Positions 39,173 through 52,300 of a stretch of DNA of 64,000 nucleotides are shown piece after piece. The stretch is from Squalus acanthias. Its lineage: Eukaryota. The stretch's first letter is position 1, and each line of letters begins with the position of its first letter. The notes under the pieces are model-generated. The model was not told where the DNA came from. It ran no database searches and saw nothing but the letters and a program-made list of their open reading frames with translations. The position numbers and the translations under genes were made by a program. The stretch covers positions 5,518,001 through 5,582,000 of the forward strand of contig JASTWF010000034.1 of NCBI GenBank assembly GCA_030390025.1. Direction: 5' to 3'.

Positions 39173-41770
39173 TCACTGCTTGTGACTGGAAGGCACGTCT
39201 CCCCGGAGCGTGTCCTGGTCCCTGGGTCGCTTGGCCCGTACCGGTAAGTCAGTAGAGTCCGCGTCATCTTGATCATCCTGTGGAGGACTGGGAATATCAT
39301 GACTCCGGGTGCGGGTCCCCACAGGTGCTGAGCTGGCCTCATCCCGGGTCGTGGCTGGAGATTGTCCGGCGTCCTGGTTTCGGGTGGCCATCCTACGGGG
39401 AGCGTCCAGCTCCCTGAGTTGATCCAGTAGCGTTGCCGGCAGATCCCCCGATGTCCCAGGCGGGGCGTCATTTTCATAGGGGTGCGGAGTGTTGATATCA
39501 TTGTCGGGGGATCCTTCATCATTCGGGCCCGTGTGACCGGTTGGGCAGGGAGCCAGATCTCGGAGCGAGACGGTGGTCTCCCGGCCATCAGGGTACCGTA
39601 CGTGCGCATACGTGGGGTTTACCTCCGTTAACTCCACCTCGTCAACGAGAGGGTCGTTTTTGGCAGACCGGACGAACCTCCGGAGTAGCACCGGGCCTGG
39701 AGCCACCAACCATGACGGTAGAGACGTCCCATGTGTAGAGCGACGCCGGAATTTGAAGAATCGCTCATGAGGCGTGACATTAGTAGATGTGGAGAGAAGA
39801 GACCTGATAGAGTGTAACGCGTCGGGGAGCACCATTTCCCACTGCTGGTCCGGCAGGTTGCGTGACCTTAGTGCCAGACGGACAGCGTTCCAGATGATGG
39901 CATTGTATCGTTCAACCTGTCCGTTACCGATTGGGTGATATGGTGTCGTCTTACTTGAGGCGATTCCCCGTTGGGAGAGATAACTTTTAAGTTCACTCGA
40001 CATAAAGGAGGGACCCCGATCAGTGTGGATAAAATTGGCCGTCCCGCAAAGGGAAAAGACCTGATCGAGGCATTTAATTACCGTAGAGGTAAGCATATTA
40101 GGGCAGGGGAAGGCGAAGGGAAAGCGTGAATACTCGTCCACCATCGTAAGTAGGTAGGTGTTCCTTGTCGACGAAGGCAATGGCCCTTTAAAGTCTATGC
40201 TGAGCCTCTGCATAGGCTGCATTGCATGTATGAGTAAGCCATCTGATGGGCGAAAGAATTGTGGTTTCAATTCTGCACAAATCCTACAGGAGGAGCATGT
40301 TTTCTTTACGTCCTCGGTTGAAAATGGTAGATTTTTGGAGCGCGCAAAGTGCAACATGCGGGTCACACCAGGATGGCATAAGTCCATATGCAAATCCGCC
40401 AGAGTCGACGTTGACATTGAGGAGCAAAATGCCTGTGTGAAGGTATCTGGGGCCACGTTCTGTTTGCCGGGTCGGTAACAGATAGTATATCCAAAGGCAG
40501 CCAGCTCCATCCTCCAGAGTTGAATTTTATTATTTTTGATTTTCGTGCGCCTCCGGTTATCCAACATGAAGGCCACAGAGCGCTGGTCAGTTATAAGTGT
40601 AAAATGACGCCGAGCAAGAAAATGACCCCATTGGCGTACAGCCTCGATGATGGCCGTAGCCTCCTTCTCGACGGGGGGGTAATGGAGCTCGCTACCCTGC
40701 AAGGTTCTGGATAGGAATGCCACGGGTCGGCCACCTTGATTCAAGGTAGCGGAGATCGCCACCTCCGATGCATCGCATTCGACCACAAAAGGAAGATTTT
40801 CGTCAATGGAGCGAAGCGTGGCTTTCTCCAGCTGTCGTTTGAGGAGGTTGAAGGCAGAAATAGCCGTAGCTTCCAATGGAAAAGACTTCGCATGGAGCAG
40901 GGGCTGTATTTTATCGGAGAAGTGTGGTATCCATTTTGCGTAATAAGCAAACATGCCAAGTGCCCGACGAAGAGAGCCGAGGTTCGTCGGGGGAGGGAGC
41001 TCCTGAAGTGGACGAAATCGCTCTGGGTCCGGTTTAATAACACCGTTGCCCACCCAGTAGCCAAGAATGTTCACCGATGGCACCGACTTCACCGATTTGG
41101 ATTCGTTTAACGTTAAGTGGCGACGGCGGAGTACGTCAAAAAATCTCTGAAGATTGGCGTCATGCTCCTTTTGATCATGGCCGGCAATAGTGATATTGTC
41201 TAAATACGGAAAGGTATCCGTAAAGTTCTCTTGCCGGACTAGGCCATCCATGGCCCGTTGGAAGACGGCCACCCCAGTGGTGACCCCGAATGGAAGGCGG
41301 CGAAACTGGAAAAGCCGACCATTGGCCTCAAAGGCCGTATACTTCTTGTCGGAGTCTTGCAGTGGCACCTGATGGTACGCGCTTTTTAAATCGAAGGTCG
41401 AGAATACCTTGTATTTGGCAAGGTTGTTGACCATGTCATCTATGCGTGGCAGCGGGTAGGCATCCAGATCGGTATATAGATTAATAGTCTGCGAATAATC
41501 GATACACAGACGTTTTTTATGTTGTTTTAAGGGATTCCTTACGATGACGACCTGAGCCCGCCAGGGAGATGAACATGGCTTGATAATACCGTCGACTAAA
41601 AGGCGAGAGATTTCCGCCTCAATAAACGCTCGATCATCTTGGCTAAAGCGCCGCGATTTGGTGGCTATGGGTTTAAAGCGGGGGGGAAGATTGGAAAACA
41701 GGGAGGGTTCACCGAGTAAGGCCGCCGAGAGTGCACAAAACGGCACCTTAGAAATGGTAAGACCCGGCCT
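39173..41770 (-). pseudogene. pol: pol part of copy A (RT, RNase H, integrase), cut from gag-PR by an in-frame TGA
   Basis: RLCIDY, DLKSAYHQ, LPFG, YLDN; CDAS, EKE, TDQ; HHCC and D,D,E (SIDFKGP, HTDRGP, QVER); same frame as the upstream ORF. Confidence 0.9.
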
Positions 41771-43072
41771 TCACCCTCCAAACTCAAAAGTGATCTTCTT
41801 GTGCTGCTTCTGGAAGTCCTGTCCCAGAAGCACATCGCTGCATAAGTTTGCGAGTACTCCGAGCCGGGTGGAGAGATACGTGCGGCCGTTGAGGATGAGG
41901 TTGACCAGACAGAAGCCAGAAGAATTGGTGGTCAGAGTCGTCAGAGCCATTGCAATCTCCCTGTCCGAGGGATAAATGTGCAGTTTTAACCTGTTGACAG
42001 CCCGCTTACTAATGAAGCTGTCAGAGCTGCAGGAGTCGATTAGCGCGCTTAGAGTGTGCCCATTTACTGAAACCTTCGTGGCTGCATGGGACAAACTTTG
42101 GGGAAAAACAGCCGTGATGGGAGGAGGGGCAATTTTCCCTTCGGCAACTGTAGCCTTAACAGTAGTTCTTGGGGGAGGAGCAGCTCCATAGATAGCAGCT
42201 GTGAAGCTAACAGGAGCTCTCGACCGGTATACTTTAGAGGAGCGGCCTTTCTTGTTAGCAAAGGCCCGTGACTGGCATACCTTGGAAAAGTGTCCTTTCT
42301 TGCTGCAATGATTGCAGGTCACATTACGAGCCGGGCAAAATTTTCTGTGATGGCACGCCCCTCCACAAAAGAAACACTTTCTTCCTGATTGCCAGGATGC
42401 TGCTAGGGCGGGGTCATCATCAGCGAAGGCCTCTAGGATAGGGTCGTCGTCTGTTAGAGTAGAGTCAACATCAGTGGGGGCATCTGCCCGAGACCTACCG
42501 AAAGACTCATTAAAGGAGATAGCCGCCGCCCATGCACGTGGTGGGAGATAAGTGTCTGCATTTTTCTTGGCCAAGTCCAAGGAACACGCCTGGTCATAAG
42601 CAGCCCGTAAATTGAGGGTTTTATTTTCCAGCAGGCGCTGACGTATAAAAGGGGACGCGATTCCATTGATAAAGGAATCGCGGATTAGTTCCTCTTGATA
42701 CTGTTCAGCTGAAACTGCTTTAAGGTTACAATCCTTGCTGAGCCTGCGAAGTTTCTGGAGAAATTCATCGAGTGATTCCCCAGGCTGCTGCCGAGTTATG
42801 GCCAGTAGGTGTCGAGCAAAGATTTCATTTGGGGACTTGACATATAGCTGCTGTAAGATTTCGATAGCAGTGTCATAGTCTATGCAGTCCTCAATATAAT
42901 CATACACATGATGAGACACGTAGTTGATAAGCATTCGTAACTTATTAGGGACATCCGCCCCACATTCTTCAAGAAAGTTGCTAAAGGTACGAAACCAATG
43001 CTTCCATACCTTTGCTGCCGCAGGTGCATTCGGGTCCAGGTCGAGACGAGCGGGTCTAAGGAGTTTTTCCAT
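41771..43072 (-). CDS. gag: Gag plus aspartic protease of copy A (433 aa), ending at a premature stop
   Basis: Two CX2CX4HX4C knuckles (CFFCGGACHHRKFC, CNHCSKKGHFSKVC), LIDSCSS, LLGQDF; the stop codon is TCA in copy B. Confidence 0.9.
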   Translation of the reverse strand: MEKLLRPARLDLDPNAPAAAKVWKHWFRTFSNFLEECGADVPNKLRMLINYVSHHVYDYIEDCIDYDTAIEILQQLYVKSPNEIFARHLLAITRQQPGESLDEFLQKLRRLSKDCNLKAVSAEQYQEELIRDSFINGIASPFIRQRLLENKTLNLRAAYDQACSLDLAKKNADTYLPPRAWAAAISFNESFGRSRADAPTDVDSTLTDDDPILEAFADDDPALAASWQSGRKCFFCGGACHHRKFCPARNVTCNHCSKKGHFSKVCQSRAFANKKGRSSKVYRSRAPVSFTAAIYGAAPPPRTTVKATVAEGKIAPPPITAVFPQSLSHAATKVSVNGHTLSALIDSCSSDSFISKRAVNRLKLHIYPSDREIAMALTTLTTNSSGFCLVNLILNGRTYLSTRLGVLANLCSDVLLGQDFQKQHKKITFEFGG

Positions 43073-43158
43073 GATGGATCAGTTTCTTGCCCAAGTTCCC
43101 TTCTGTGGTTTGAGTTGCAGCTGGTTGTTCTGAATCACCCAAAGCGTGGAGACGATAT

Positions 43159-43171
43159 CAAGTTGATTAAA
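43159..43171 (-). other. Non-tRNA primer-binding-site candidate TTTAATCAACTTG (copy B: 58857-58869)
   Basis: 1 nt from the 5' LTR; no TGG; exact reverse complement of LTR segment 43217-43229. Confidence 0.7.
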
Positions 43172-43172
43172 T

Positions 43173-43387
43173 TGACGTAATAAAGACTCACTACGCACTT
43201 GAACATAAAGCAAGGCTTTAATCAACTTGTAACAAAACATGGAGGTGCAGTTAGCAGTCACTAGCTTCCTGTTTCCAGAATGTCTCTGCCCAAGGTGGGC
43301 CCATGCCTGAGTATTTATACTCCCTGGACGGCGCCCCAGCTGGCCACCCAGTAGTACTTCCTGAGTTGTTACTTGCGATTTATGACA
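43173..43387 (-). repeat. 5' LTR of copy A (215 bp); TATAAA at 43314-43319
   Basis: Differs from its 3' LTR by 1 indel and 3 substitutions (by eye). Confidence 0.96.
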
Positions 43388-46300
43388 CCCTCTATACCAG
43401 GTCTGGCCCTACACCTGACTCCAGTCCCTCACTACCCGGTTTGGATTTTCACCTGACTCCAGTCCCTCACTACCCAGTCTGGGTCTACACCTGACTCCAA
43501 TCCCTCACTACCCAGTCTGGGCCTACACCTGACTCCAGTCCCTCACTACCTGGTCTTGGCCTACACCCGAATCCAGTCCCTCACTACCCGGTCTGGGTAT
43601 GCACCTGACTCCTTCCCTCAATAGCCGGTCTTGGCCTACACCCGACTCCAGTCCCCCACTACCCGGTCTGGTCCCACACCTGACTCCAGTCCCTCATTAC
43701 TCGGTCTGGGTCTACACCTGATTCCAGTCTCTCACTACCCGGTCTGGTTACACACCTGAACCCAGTTCCTCAATACCTGGTCTGGTCCTACAGCTGACTT
43801 CAGTCCCTCACTGCACGGTCTGGGCCTGCATCTGACTCCATTCCCTCTAAACCAGGTCTGGCTCTACACCTGATTCCAGTCCCTCACTACCCAGTCTGGG
43901 CCTACACCTGACTCCAATCCCTCACTACCCAGTCTGGGCCTACACCTGACTCCAGTCCCTCACTACCTGGTCTTGGCCTACACCCGAATCCAGTCCCTCA
44001 CTACCCGGTCTGGGTGTGCACATGACTCCTTCTCTCACAAGCCGGTCTTGGCCTGCACCCGACTCCAGTCCCCCACTACCCGGTCTGGGCCCACACCTGA
44101 CTCCAGTCCCTCATTAAACAGTCTGGGTCTACACCTGACTCCAGTCCCTCACTACCCCATCTTAGCCTACACCTGACTCCAATCCCTCACTACACAGTCT
44201 GGGCCTACACCTGACTCCAGTCCCTCACTACCTGGTCTGGGCCGACACCTGACTCCAGTCCCTCACTATCTGGTCTGGGCCGACACCTGACTCCAGTCCC
44301 TCACTATCTGGTCTGGGTCTGCACCTGACTCCAGTCCCTCACTACCCGGTCTGGGTATACACCTGAATACAGTCCCTCAATAACTGGTCTGGTCCGACAG
44401 CTGACTCCAGTCCCTCACTGCACGGTCTGGGCCTACATCTGACTCCATTCCCTCTAAACCAGGTCTGGCCCTTCACCTGACTCCAGTCCCTCACTACCCG
44501 GTCTGGGTCTACACCTGACTCCAGTCCCTCACTACCCGGCCTGGGTCTACACATGACTCCAGTCCTGCACTACCCAGGCTGGGTCTACATCTGACTCCAC
44601 TCCCTCACTACCCGGTCTGGGCCACATCTGAATCCACTCCCTCACTACCCGGTCAGGGCCTACATCTGACTCCATTCCCTCTATATCAGGTCTGGCCGTA
44701 CACCTGACTCCGGTCCCTCACTACCAGGTCTGGGCCTACACCTGACTCCAGTCCCTCACTACCCGATCTGGGTCCACATCTGACTCCAGTCCCTCACTAC
44801 CCGGACTGGCCCTACACCTGACTCCAGTCCCTCACTAACTGGTCTGGGCCTGCACCTGACTCCGGTCCCTCAATACCTGCTCTGGGCCCACACCAGACTC
44901 CGGTCCCTCAATACCTGGTCTGGTCCTACACCTGACTCCAGTCCCTCACTACCCGGTCTGGGTCTATACCTCACTCCAGACCCTCACTATCCGTCTGAGA
45001 CGACACCTGACTCCAGTCCCTCACTACCCGGTCTGGGTCCACATCTGAATCCAGTCCCTCACTACCCGGACTGGCCCTACACCTGACTCCAGTCCCTCAC
45101 TACCCGGTCTGGGTGTGCACATGACTCCTTCTCTCACAAGCCGGTCTTGGCCTGCACCCGACTCCAGTCCCCCACTACCCGGTCTGGGCCCACACCTGAC
45201 TCCAGTCCCTCATTAAACAGTCTGGGTCTACACCTGACTCCAGTCCCTCACTACCCCATCGTAGCCTACACCTGACTCCAATCCCTCACTACACAGTCTG
45301 GGCCTACACCTGACTCCAGTCCCTCACTACCTGGTCTGGGCCGACACCTGACTCCAGTCCCTCACTATCTGGTCTGGGCCGACACCTGACTCCAGTCCCT
45401 CACTATCTGGTCTGGGTCTGCACCTGACTCCAGTCCCTCACTACCCGGTCTGGGTATACACCTGAATCCAGTCCCTCAATAACTGGTCTGGTCCGACAGC
45501 TGACTCCAGTCCCTCACTGCACGGTCTGGGCCTACATCTGACTCCATTCCCTCTAAACCAGGTCTGGCCCTTCACCTGACTCCAGTCCCTCACTACCCGG
45601 TCTGGGTCTACACCTGACTCCAGTCCCTCACTACCCGGCCTGGGTCTACACATGACTCCAGTCCTGCACTACCCAGGCTGGGTCTACATCTGACTCCACT
45701 CCCTCACTACCCGGTCTGGGCCACATCTGAATCCACTCCCTCACTACCCGGTCAGGGCCTACATCTGACTCCATTCCCTCTATATCAGGTCTGGCCGTAC
45801 ACCTGACTCCGGTCCCTCACTACCAGGTCTGGGCCTACACCTGACTCCAGTCCCTCACTACCCGATCTGGGTCCACATCTGACTCCAGTCCCTCACTACC
45901 CGGACTGGCCCTACACCTGACTCCAGTCCCTCACTAACCGGTCTGGGCCTGCACCTGACTCCGGTCCCTCAATACCTGCTCTGGGCCCACACCAGACTCC
46001 GGTCCCTCAATACCTGGTCTGGTCCTACACCTGACTCCAGTCCCTCACTACCCGGTCTGGGTCTATACCTCACTCCAGACCCTCACTATCCGTCTGAGAC
46101 GACACCTGACTCCAGTCCCTCACTACCCGGTCTGGGTCCACATCTGAATCCAGTCCCTCACTACCCGGACTGGCCCTACACCTGACTCCAGTCCCTCACT
46201 AACCGGTCTGGGCCTGCACCTGACTCCGGTCCCTCAATACCTGCTCTGGGCCCACACCAGACTCCGGTCCCTCACTACCAGGTCTGGGCCTACACCTGAC

Positions 46301-49300
46301 TCCAGTCCCTCACTACCCGGTCTGGGTCCACATCTGACTCCAGTCCCTCACTACCCGGACTGGCCCTACACCTGACTCCAGTCCCTCACTAACCGGTCTG
46401 GGCCTGCACCTGACTCCAGTCCCTCAATACCTGCTCTGGGCCCACACCAGACTCCGGTCCCTCACTACCCGGTCTGGGCCTACACCTGACACCAGTCCCT
46501 TATTACCCGGTCTGAGTCTACACCTGACTCCAGTTCCTCATTACCCTGTCTGAGTCTACACCTGACTCCAGTCCCTCACAACCCAGGCTGGGTCTACACC
46601 TGACTCCAGTCCCTCACTACCCGGTCTCGGCCTATACCTGAATCCAGTCCCTCAATAACTGGTCTGGTCCAACAGCTGACTTCAGTCTCTCACTGCACGG
46701 TCTGGGCCTACATCTGACTCCATTCCCTCTAAACCAGGTCTGGCCCTACACCTGACTCCGGTCCCTCACTTCCCGGTCTGGGCCTGCACCTGACTCCGGT
46801 CCCTCAATACCTGGTCTGGGCCCACACCTGACTCCGGTCCCTCACTACCTGGTCTTGTCCTACACATGACTCCAGTCCCTCACTACCCGGTCTGGGTCTA
46901 TACCTCAATCCAGCCCCTCACTATCCGTCTGAGCCGACACCTGAATCCAGTCCCTCAATACCCGGTTTGGATCTACACCTGACTCCAGTCCCTCACGGCC
47001 CGTTCTGGTCCTACACCTAACTCCAGTCCCTCACTAACCGGTCTGGGCCTACACCTGACTCCAATCCCTCACTACGCAGTCTTGGTATACACCTGACTCC
47101 ATTCCCTCACTACCCGGTCTGGGCCTACACCTGACTCCAGTCCCTCACTACCCGGTCTGGTTCTACACCTGACTCCAGTCCCTCACTACCCGGTCTGGGT
47201 CTACACCTGACTCCAGTCCCTCACTACCTGGTCTGGGTCTACACCTGACTCCAGACCCTCACTACCCGGTCTGGGACCAAACCTGACTCCGGTCCCTCAA
47301 TACCCGGTCTCGGCCTATACCTGACTCCAGTCCCTCACTACCGAGTCTGAGCCCACACCTGACTCCGGTCCCTCAATACCTGGTCTGGTCCTGCACCTGA
47401 CTCCGGTCCCTCATTACCCGGTCTGGGCCTACACCTGGCACCATTCCCTCAATACCCGGTCTGGGCCCAAAACTGACTCCGGTCCCTCAGTACCCGGTCT
47501 GGGCCTACACCTGACACCATTCCCTCAATACCCGGTCTTGGCCTACACCTGACTCCAGTCCCTCACCACCCGGTCTGGGTCTATACCTCACTCCAGACCC
47601 TCACTATCCGTCTGAGCCGACACCTGACTCCAGTCCCTCAATACCCGGTTTGGATCTGCACCTGACACCAGTCCCTCACTACCCGGTCTGGGCCGGCATC
47701 TGATCCAGTCCCTCAATACCCGGTTTGGATTTTCACCTGACTCCAGTCCCTCACTAACCAGTCTGGGCCTACACCTGACTCCAATCCCTCACTACCCAGT
47801 CTGGGCATACACCTGACTCCAGTCCCTCACCACCTGATCTTGGCCTGCACCCGAATCTAGTCCCTCACTACCCGGTCTGGGTATGCACCTGAATCCTTCC
47901 CTCAATAGCCGGTCTTGGCCTACACCCGACTCCAGTCCCCCACTACCCGGTCTGGGCCCACACCTGACTCCAGTCCCTCATTACTCGGTCTAGGTCTACA
48001 CCTGACTCCAGTCCCTCACTACCCCCTCTTAGCCTACACCAGACTCCGGTCCCTCACAACCTGGTCTGGGTCTACACCTGACTCCAGTCCCTCACTACCC
48101 GGCCTGGGTATACAACTGACTCCAGTCCCTCATTACCAGGTCTGGGCCGACACCTGACTCGAGTCCCTCACTACCCGGTCTCGGTCTACACCTGACTCCA
48201 GTCCCTCACTACCCGGTCTGGGTATACACATGACTCCAGTTCTTCACTACCCAGGCTGGGTCTACATCTGACTCCACTCCCTCACTACCCGGTCTGGGCC
48301 ACATCTCACTCCACTCCCTCACTACCCGGTCAGGGCCGACATCTGACTCCATTCGCTCTATACCAGGTCTGGCCCTACACCTGACTCCAGTCCCTCACTA
48401 CCTGGTCTGGGTATACACCTGACTCCAGTCCCTCACTACCCGGTCTGGGCCTGCACCTGACTCCGGTCCCTCAATACATGGTCTGGGTATACACCAGACT
48501 CCGGTCCCTCAATACCTGGTCTGGTCCTACAGCTGACTCCAGTCCCTCACTGCACGGTCTGGGCCTACATCTGACTCCATTCCCTCTAAACCAGGTCTGG
48601 CCCTACACCTGACTCCAGTCCCTCACTACCCGGTCTGGGTATACACCTGACTCCAGTCCCTCATTACCAGGTCTGGGCCGACACCTGACTCCTGTCCCTC
48701 ATTACCAGGTCTGGGTATGCACATGACTCCTTCCCTCACAAGCCGGTCTTGGCCTGCACCCGACTCCAGTCCCCCACTACCCGGTCTGTGCCCACACCTG
48801 ACTCCAGTCCCTCATTACACAGTCTGGGTCTACACCTGACTCCAGTCCCTCACTACCCCCTCTTAGCCTACACCTGACTCCAATCCCTCACTACACAGTC
48901 TGGGCCTACACCTGACTCCAGTCCCTCACTACCTGGTCTGGGCCGACACCTGACTCCAGTCCCTCACTATCTGGTCTGGGCCGACACCTGACTCCAGTCC
49001 CTCACTATCTGGTCTGGGTCTGCACCTGAATCCAGTCCCTCACTACCCGGTCTGGGTATACAACTGAATCCAGTCCCTCAATAACTGGTCTGGTCCGACA
49101 GCTGACTCCAGTCCCTCACTGCACGGTCTGGGCCTACATCTGACTCCATTCCCTCTAAACCAGGTCTGGCCCTTCACCTGACTCCAGTCCCTCACTACCC
49201 GGTCTGGGTATACACCTGACTCCAGTCCCTCATTGCCAGTTCTGGGCCGACACCTGACTCCAGTCCCTCACTACCCGGTCTGGGTCTACACCTGACTCCA

Positions 49301-52300
49301 GTCCCTCACTACCCGGTCTGGGTCTACACATGACTCCAGTCCTTCACTACCCAGGCTGGGTCTACATCTGACTCCACTCCCTCACTACCCGGTCGGGGCC
49401 ACATCTGAATCCACTCCCTCACTACCCGGTCAGGGCCTACATCTGACTCCATTCCCTCTATATCAGGTCTGGCCGTACACCTGACTCCGGTCCCTCACTA
49501 CCAGGTCTGGGCCTACACCTGACTCCAGTCCCTCACTACCCGGTCTGGGTCCACACCTGACTCCAGTCCCTCACTACCCGGACTGGCCCTACACCTGACT
49601 CCAGTCCCTCACTACCTGGTCTGTGCCTACACCTGACTCCAGACCCTCACTAACCGGTCTGGGCCTGCACCTGACTCCGGTCCCTCAATACCTGCTCTGG
49701 GCCCACACCAGACTCCGGTCCCTCAATACCTGGTCTGGTCCTACACCTGACTCCAGTCCCTCACTACCCGGTCTGGGTCTATACCTCACTCCAGACCCTC
49801 ACTATCCGTCTGAGCCGACACCTGGCTCCAGTCCCTCAATACCCGGTTTGGATCGACACCTGACCCCAGTCCCTCACTACCCGGTCTGGGCCTACACCTG
49901 ACACCAGTCCCTTATTACCCGGTCTGAGTCTACACCTGATTCTAGTTCTTCATTACCCGGTCTGAGTCTACACCTGACTCCAGTTCCTCATTACCCGGTC
50001 TGAGTCTACACCTGACTCCAGTCCCTCACAACCCAGGCTGGGTCTACACCGGACTCCAGTCCCTCACTACCCGGTCTGGGCCTATACCTGAATCCAGTCC
50101 CTCAATAACTGGTCTGGTCCTACAGCTGACTTCAGTCTCTCACTGCACGGTCTGGGCCTACATCTGACTCCATTCCCTCTAAACCAGGTCTGGCCCTACA
50201 CCTGACTCCGGTCCCTCACTTCCCGGTCTGGGCCTGCACCTGACTCCGGTCCCTCAATACCTGGTCTTGTCCTACACCTGACTCCAGTCCCTCACTACCC
50301 GGTCTGGGTCTATACCTCAATCCAGCCCCTCACTATCCGTCTGAGCCGACACCTGAATCCAGTCCCTCAATACCCGGTTTGGATCTACACCTGACTCCAG
50401 TCCCTCTCGGCCCGTTCTGGTCCTACACCTATCTCCAGTCCCTCACTAACCGGTCTGGACCTACACCTGACTCCAGTCCCTCACTACCCGGTCTGGGTAT
50501 ACACATGACTCCAGTTCTTCACTACCCAGGCTGGGTCTACATCTGACTCCACTCCCTCACTACCCGGTCTGGGCCACATCTCACTCCACTCCCTCACTAC
50601 CCGGTCAGGGCCGACATCTGACTCCATTCGCTCTATACCAGGTCTGGCCCTACACCTGACTCCAGTCCCTCACTACCTGGTCTGGGTATACACCTGACTC
50701 CAGTCCCTCACTACCCGGTCTGGGCCTGCACCTGACTCCGGTCCCTCAATACATGGTCTGGGTATACACCAGACTCCGGTCCCTCAATACCTGGTCTGGT
50801 CCTACAGCTGACTCCAGTCCCTCACTGCACGGTCTGGGCCTACATCTGACTCCATTCCCTCTAAACCAGGTCTGGCCCTACACCTGACTCCAGTCCCTCA
50901 CTACCCGGTCTGGGTATACACCTGACTCCAGTCCCTCATTACCAGGTCTGGGCCGACACCTGACTCCTGTCCCTCATTACCAGGTCTGGGTATGCACATG
51001 ACTCCTTCCCTCACAAGCCGGTCTTGGCCTGCACCCGACTCCAGTCCCCCACTACCCGGTCTGTGCCCACACCTGACTCCAGTCCCTCATTACACAGTCT
51101 GGGTCTACACCTGACTCCAGTCCCTCACTACCCCCTCTTAGCCTACACCTGACTCCAATCCCTCACTACACAGTCTGGGCCTACACCTGACTCCAGTCCC
51201 TCACTACCTGGTCTGGGCCGACACCTGACTCCAGTCCCTCACTATCTGGTCTGGGCCGACACCTGACTCCAGTCCCTCACTATCTGGTCTGGGTCTGCAC
51301 CTGAATCCAGTCCCTCACTACCCGGTCTGGGTATACAACTGAATCCAGTCCCTCAATAACTGGTCTGGTCCGACAGCTGACTCCAGTCCCTCACTGCACG
51401 GTCTGGGCCTACATCTGACTCCATTCCCTCTAAACCAGGTCTGGCCCTTCACCTGACTCCAGTCCCTCACTACCCGGTCTGGGTATACACCTGACTCCAG
51501 TCCCTCATTGCCAGTTCTGGGCCGACACCTGACTCCAGTCCCTCACTACCCGGTCTGGGTCTACACCTGACTCCAGTCCCTCACTACCCGGTCTGGGTCT
51601 ACACATGACTCCAGTCCTTCACTACCCAGGCTGGGTCTACATCTGACTCCACTCCCTCACTACCCGGTCTGGGCCACATCTGAATCCACTCCCTCACTAC
51701 CCGGTCAGGGCCTACATCTGACTCCATTCCCTCTATATCAGGTCTGGCCGTACACCTGACTCCGGTCCCTCACTACCAGGTCTGGGCCTACACCTGACTC
51801 CAGTCCCTCACTACCCGGTCTGGGTCCACACCTGACTCCAGTCCCTCACTACCCGGACTGGCCCTACACCTGACTCCAGTCCCTCACTACCTGGTCTGTG
51901 CCTACACCTGACTCCAGACCCTCACTAACCGGTCTGGGCCTGCACCTGACTCCGGTCCCTCAATACCTGCTCTGGGCCCACACCAGACTCCGGTCCCTCA
52001 ATACCTGGTCTGGTCCTACACCTGACTCCAGTCCCTCACTACCCGGTCTGGGTCTATACCTCACTCCAGACCCTCACTATCCGTCTGAGCCGACACCTGG
52101 CTCCAGTCCCTCAATACCCGTTTGGATCGACACCTGACCCCAGTCCCTCACTACCCGGTCTGGGCCTACACCTGACACCAGTCCCTTATTACCCGGTCTG
52201 AGTCTACACCTGATTCTAGTTCCTCATTACCCGGTCTGAGTCTACACCTGACTCCAGTTCCTCATTACCCGGTCTGAGTCTACACCTGACTCCAGTCCCT

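Larger units (their letters stand above)
38879..43387 (-). mobile_element. Full-length Ty3/Gypsy LTR retrotransposon, copy A (4509 bp), TSD CCCTC
   Basis: TG..CA LTRs; TSD 38874-38878 and 43388-43392; gag-PR-RT-RH-IN order; PPT; empty site attccctctataccagg occurs elsewhere in the array. Confidence 0.97.

Noticed and set aside
39139..43494. Overlapping and antisense ORFs within the element (same set in copy B), including 156 aa at the 3' end as a possible env
   Set aside because: Alternative frames of gag-pol; no signal peptide or transmembrane segment
29116..52137. PTPDSSPSLPG-type ORFs
   Set aside because: Translations of the 38-bp satellite
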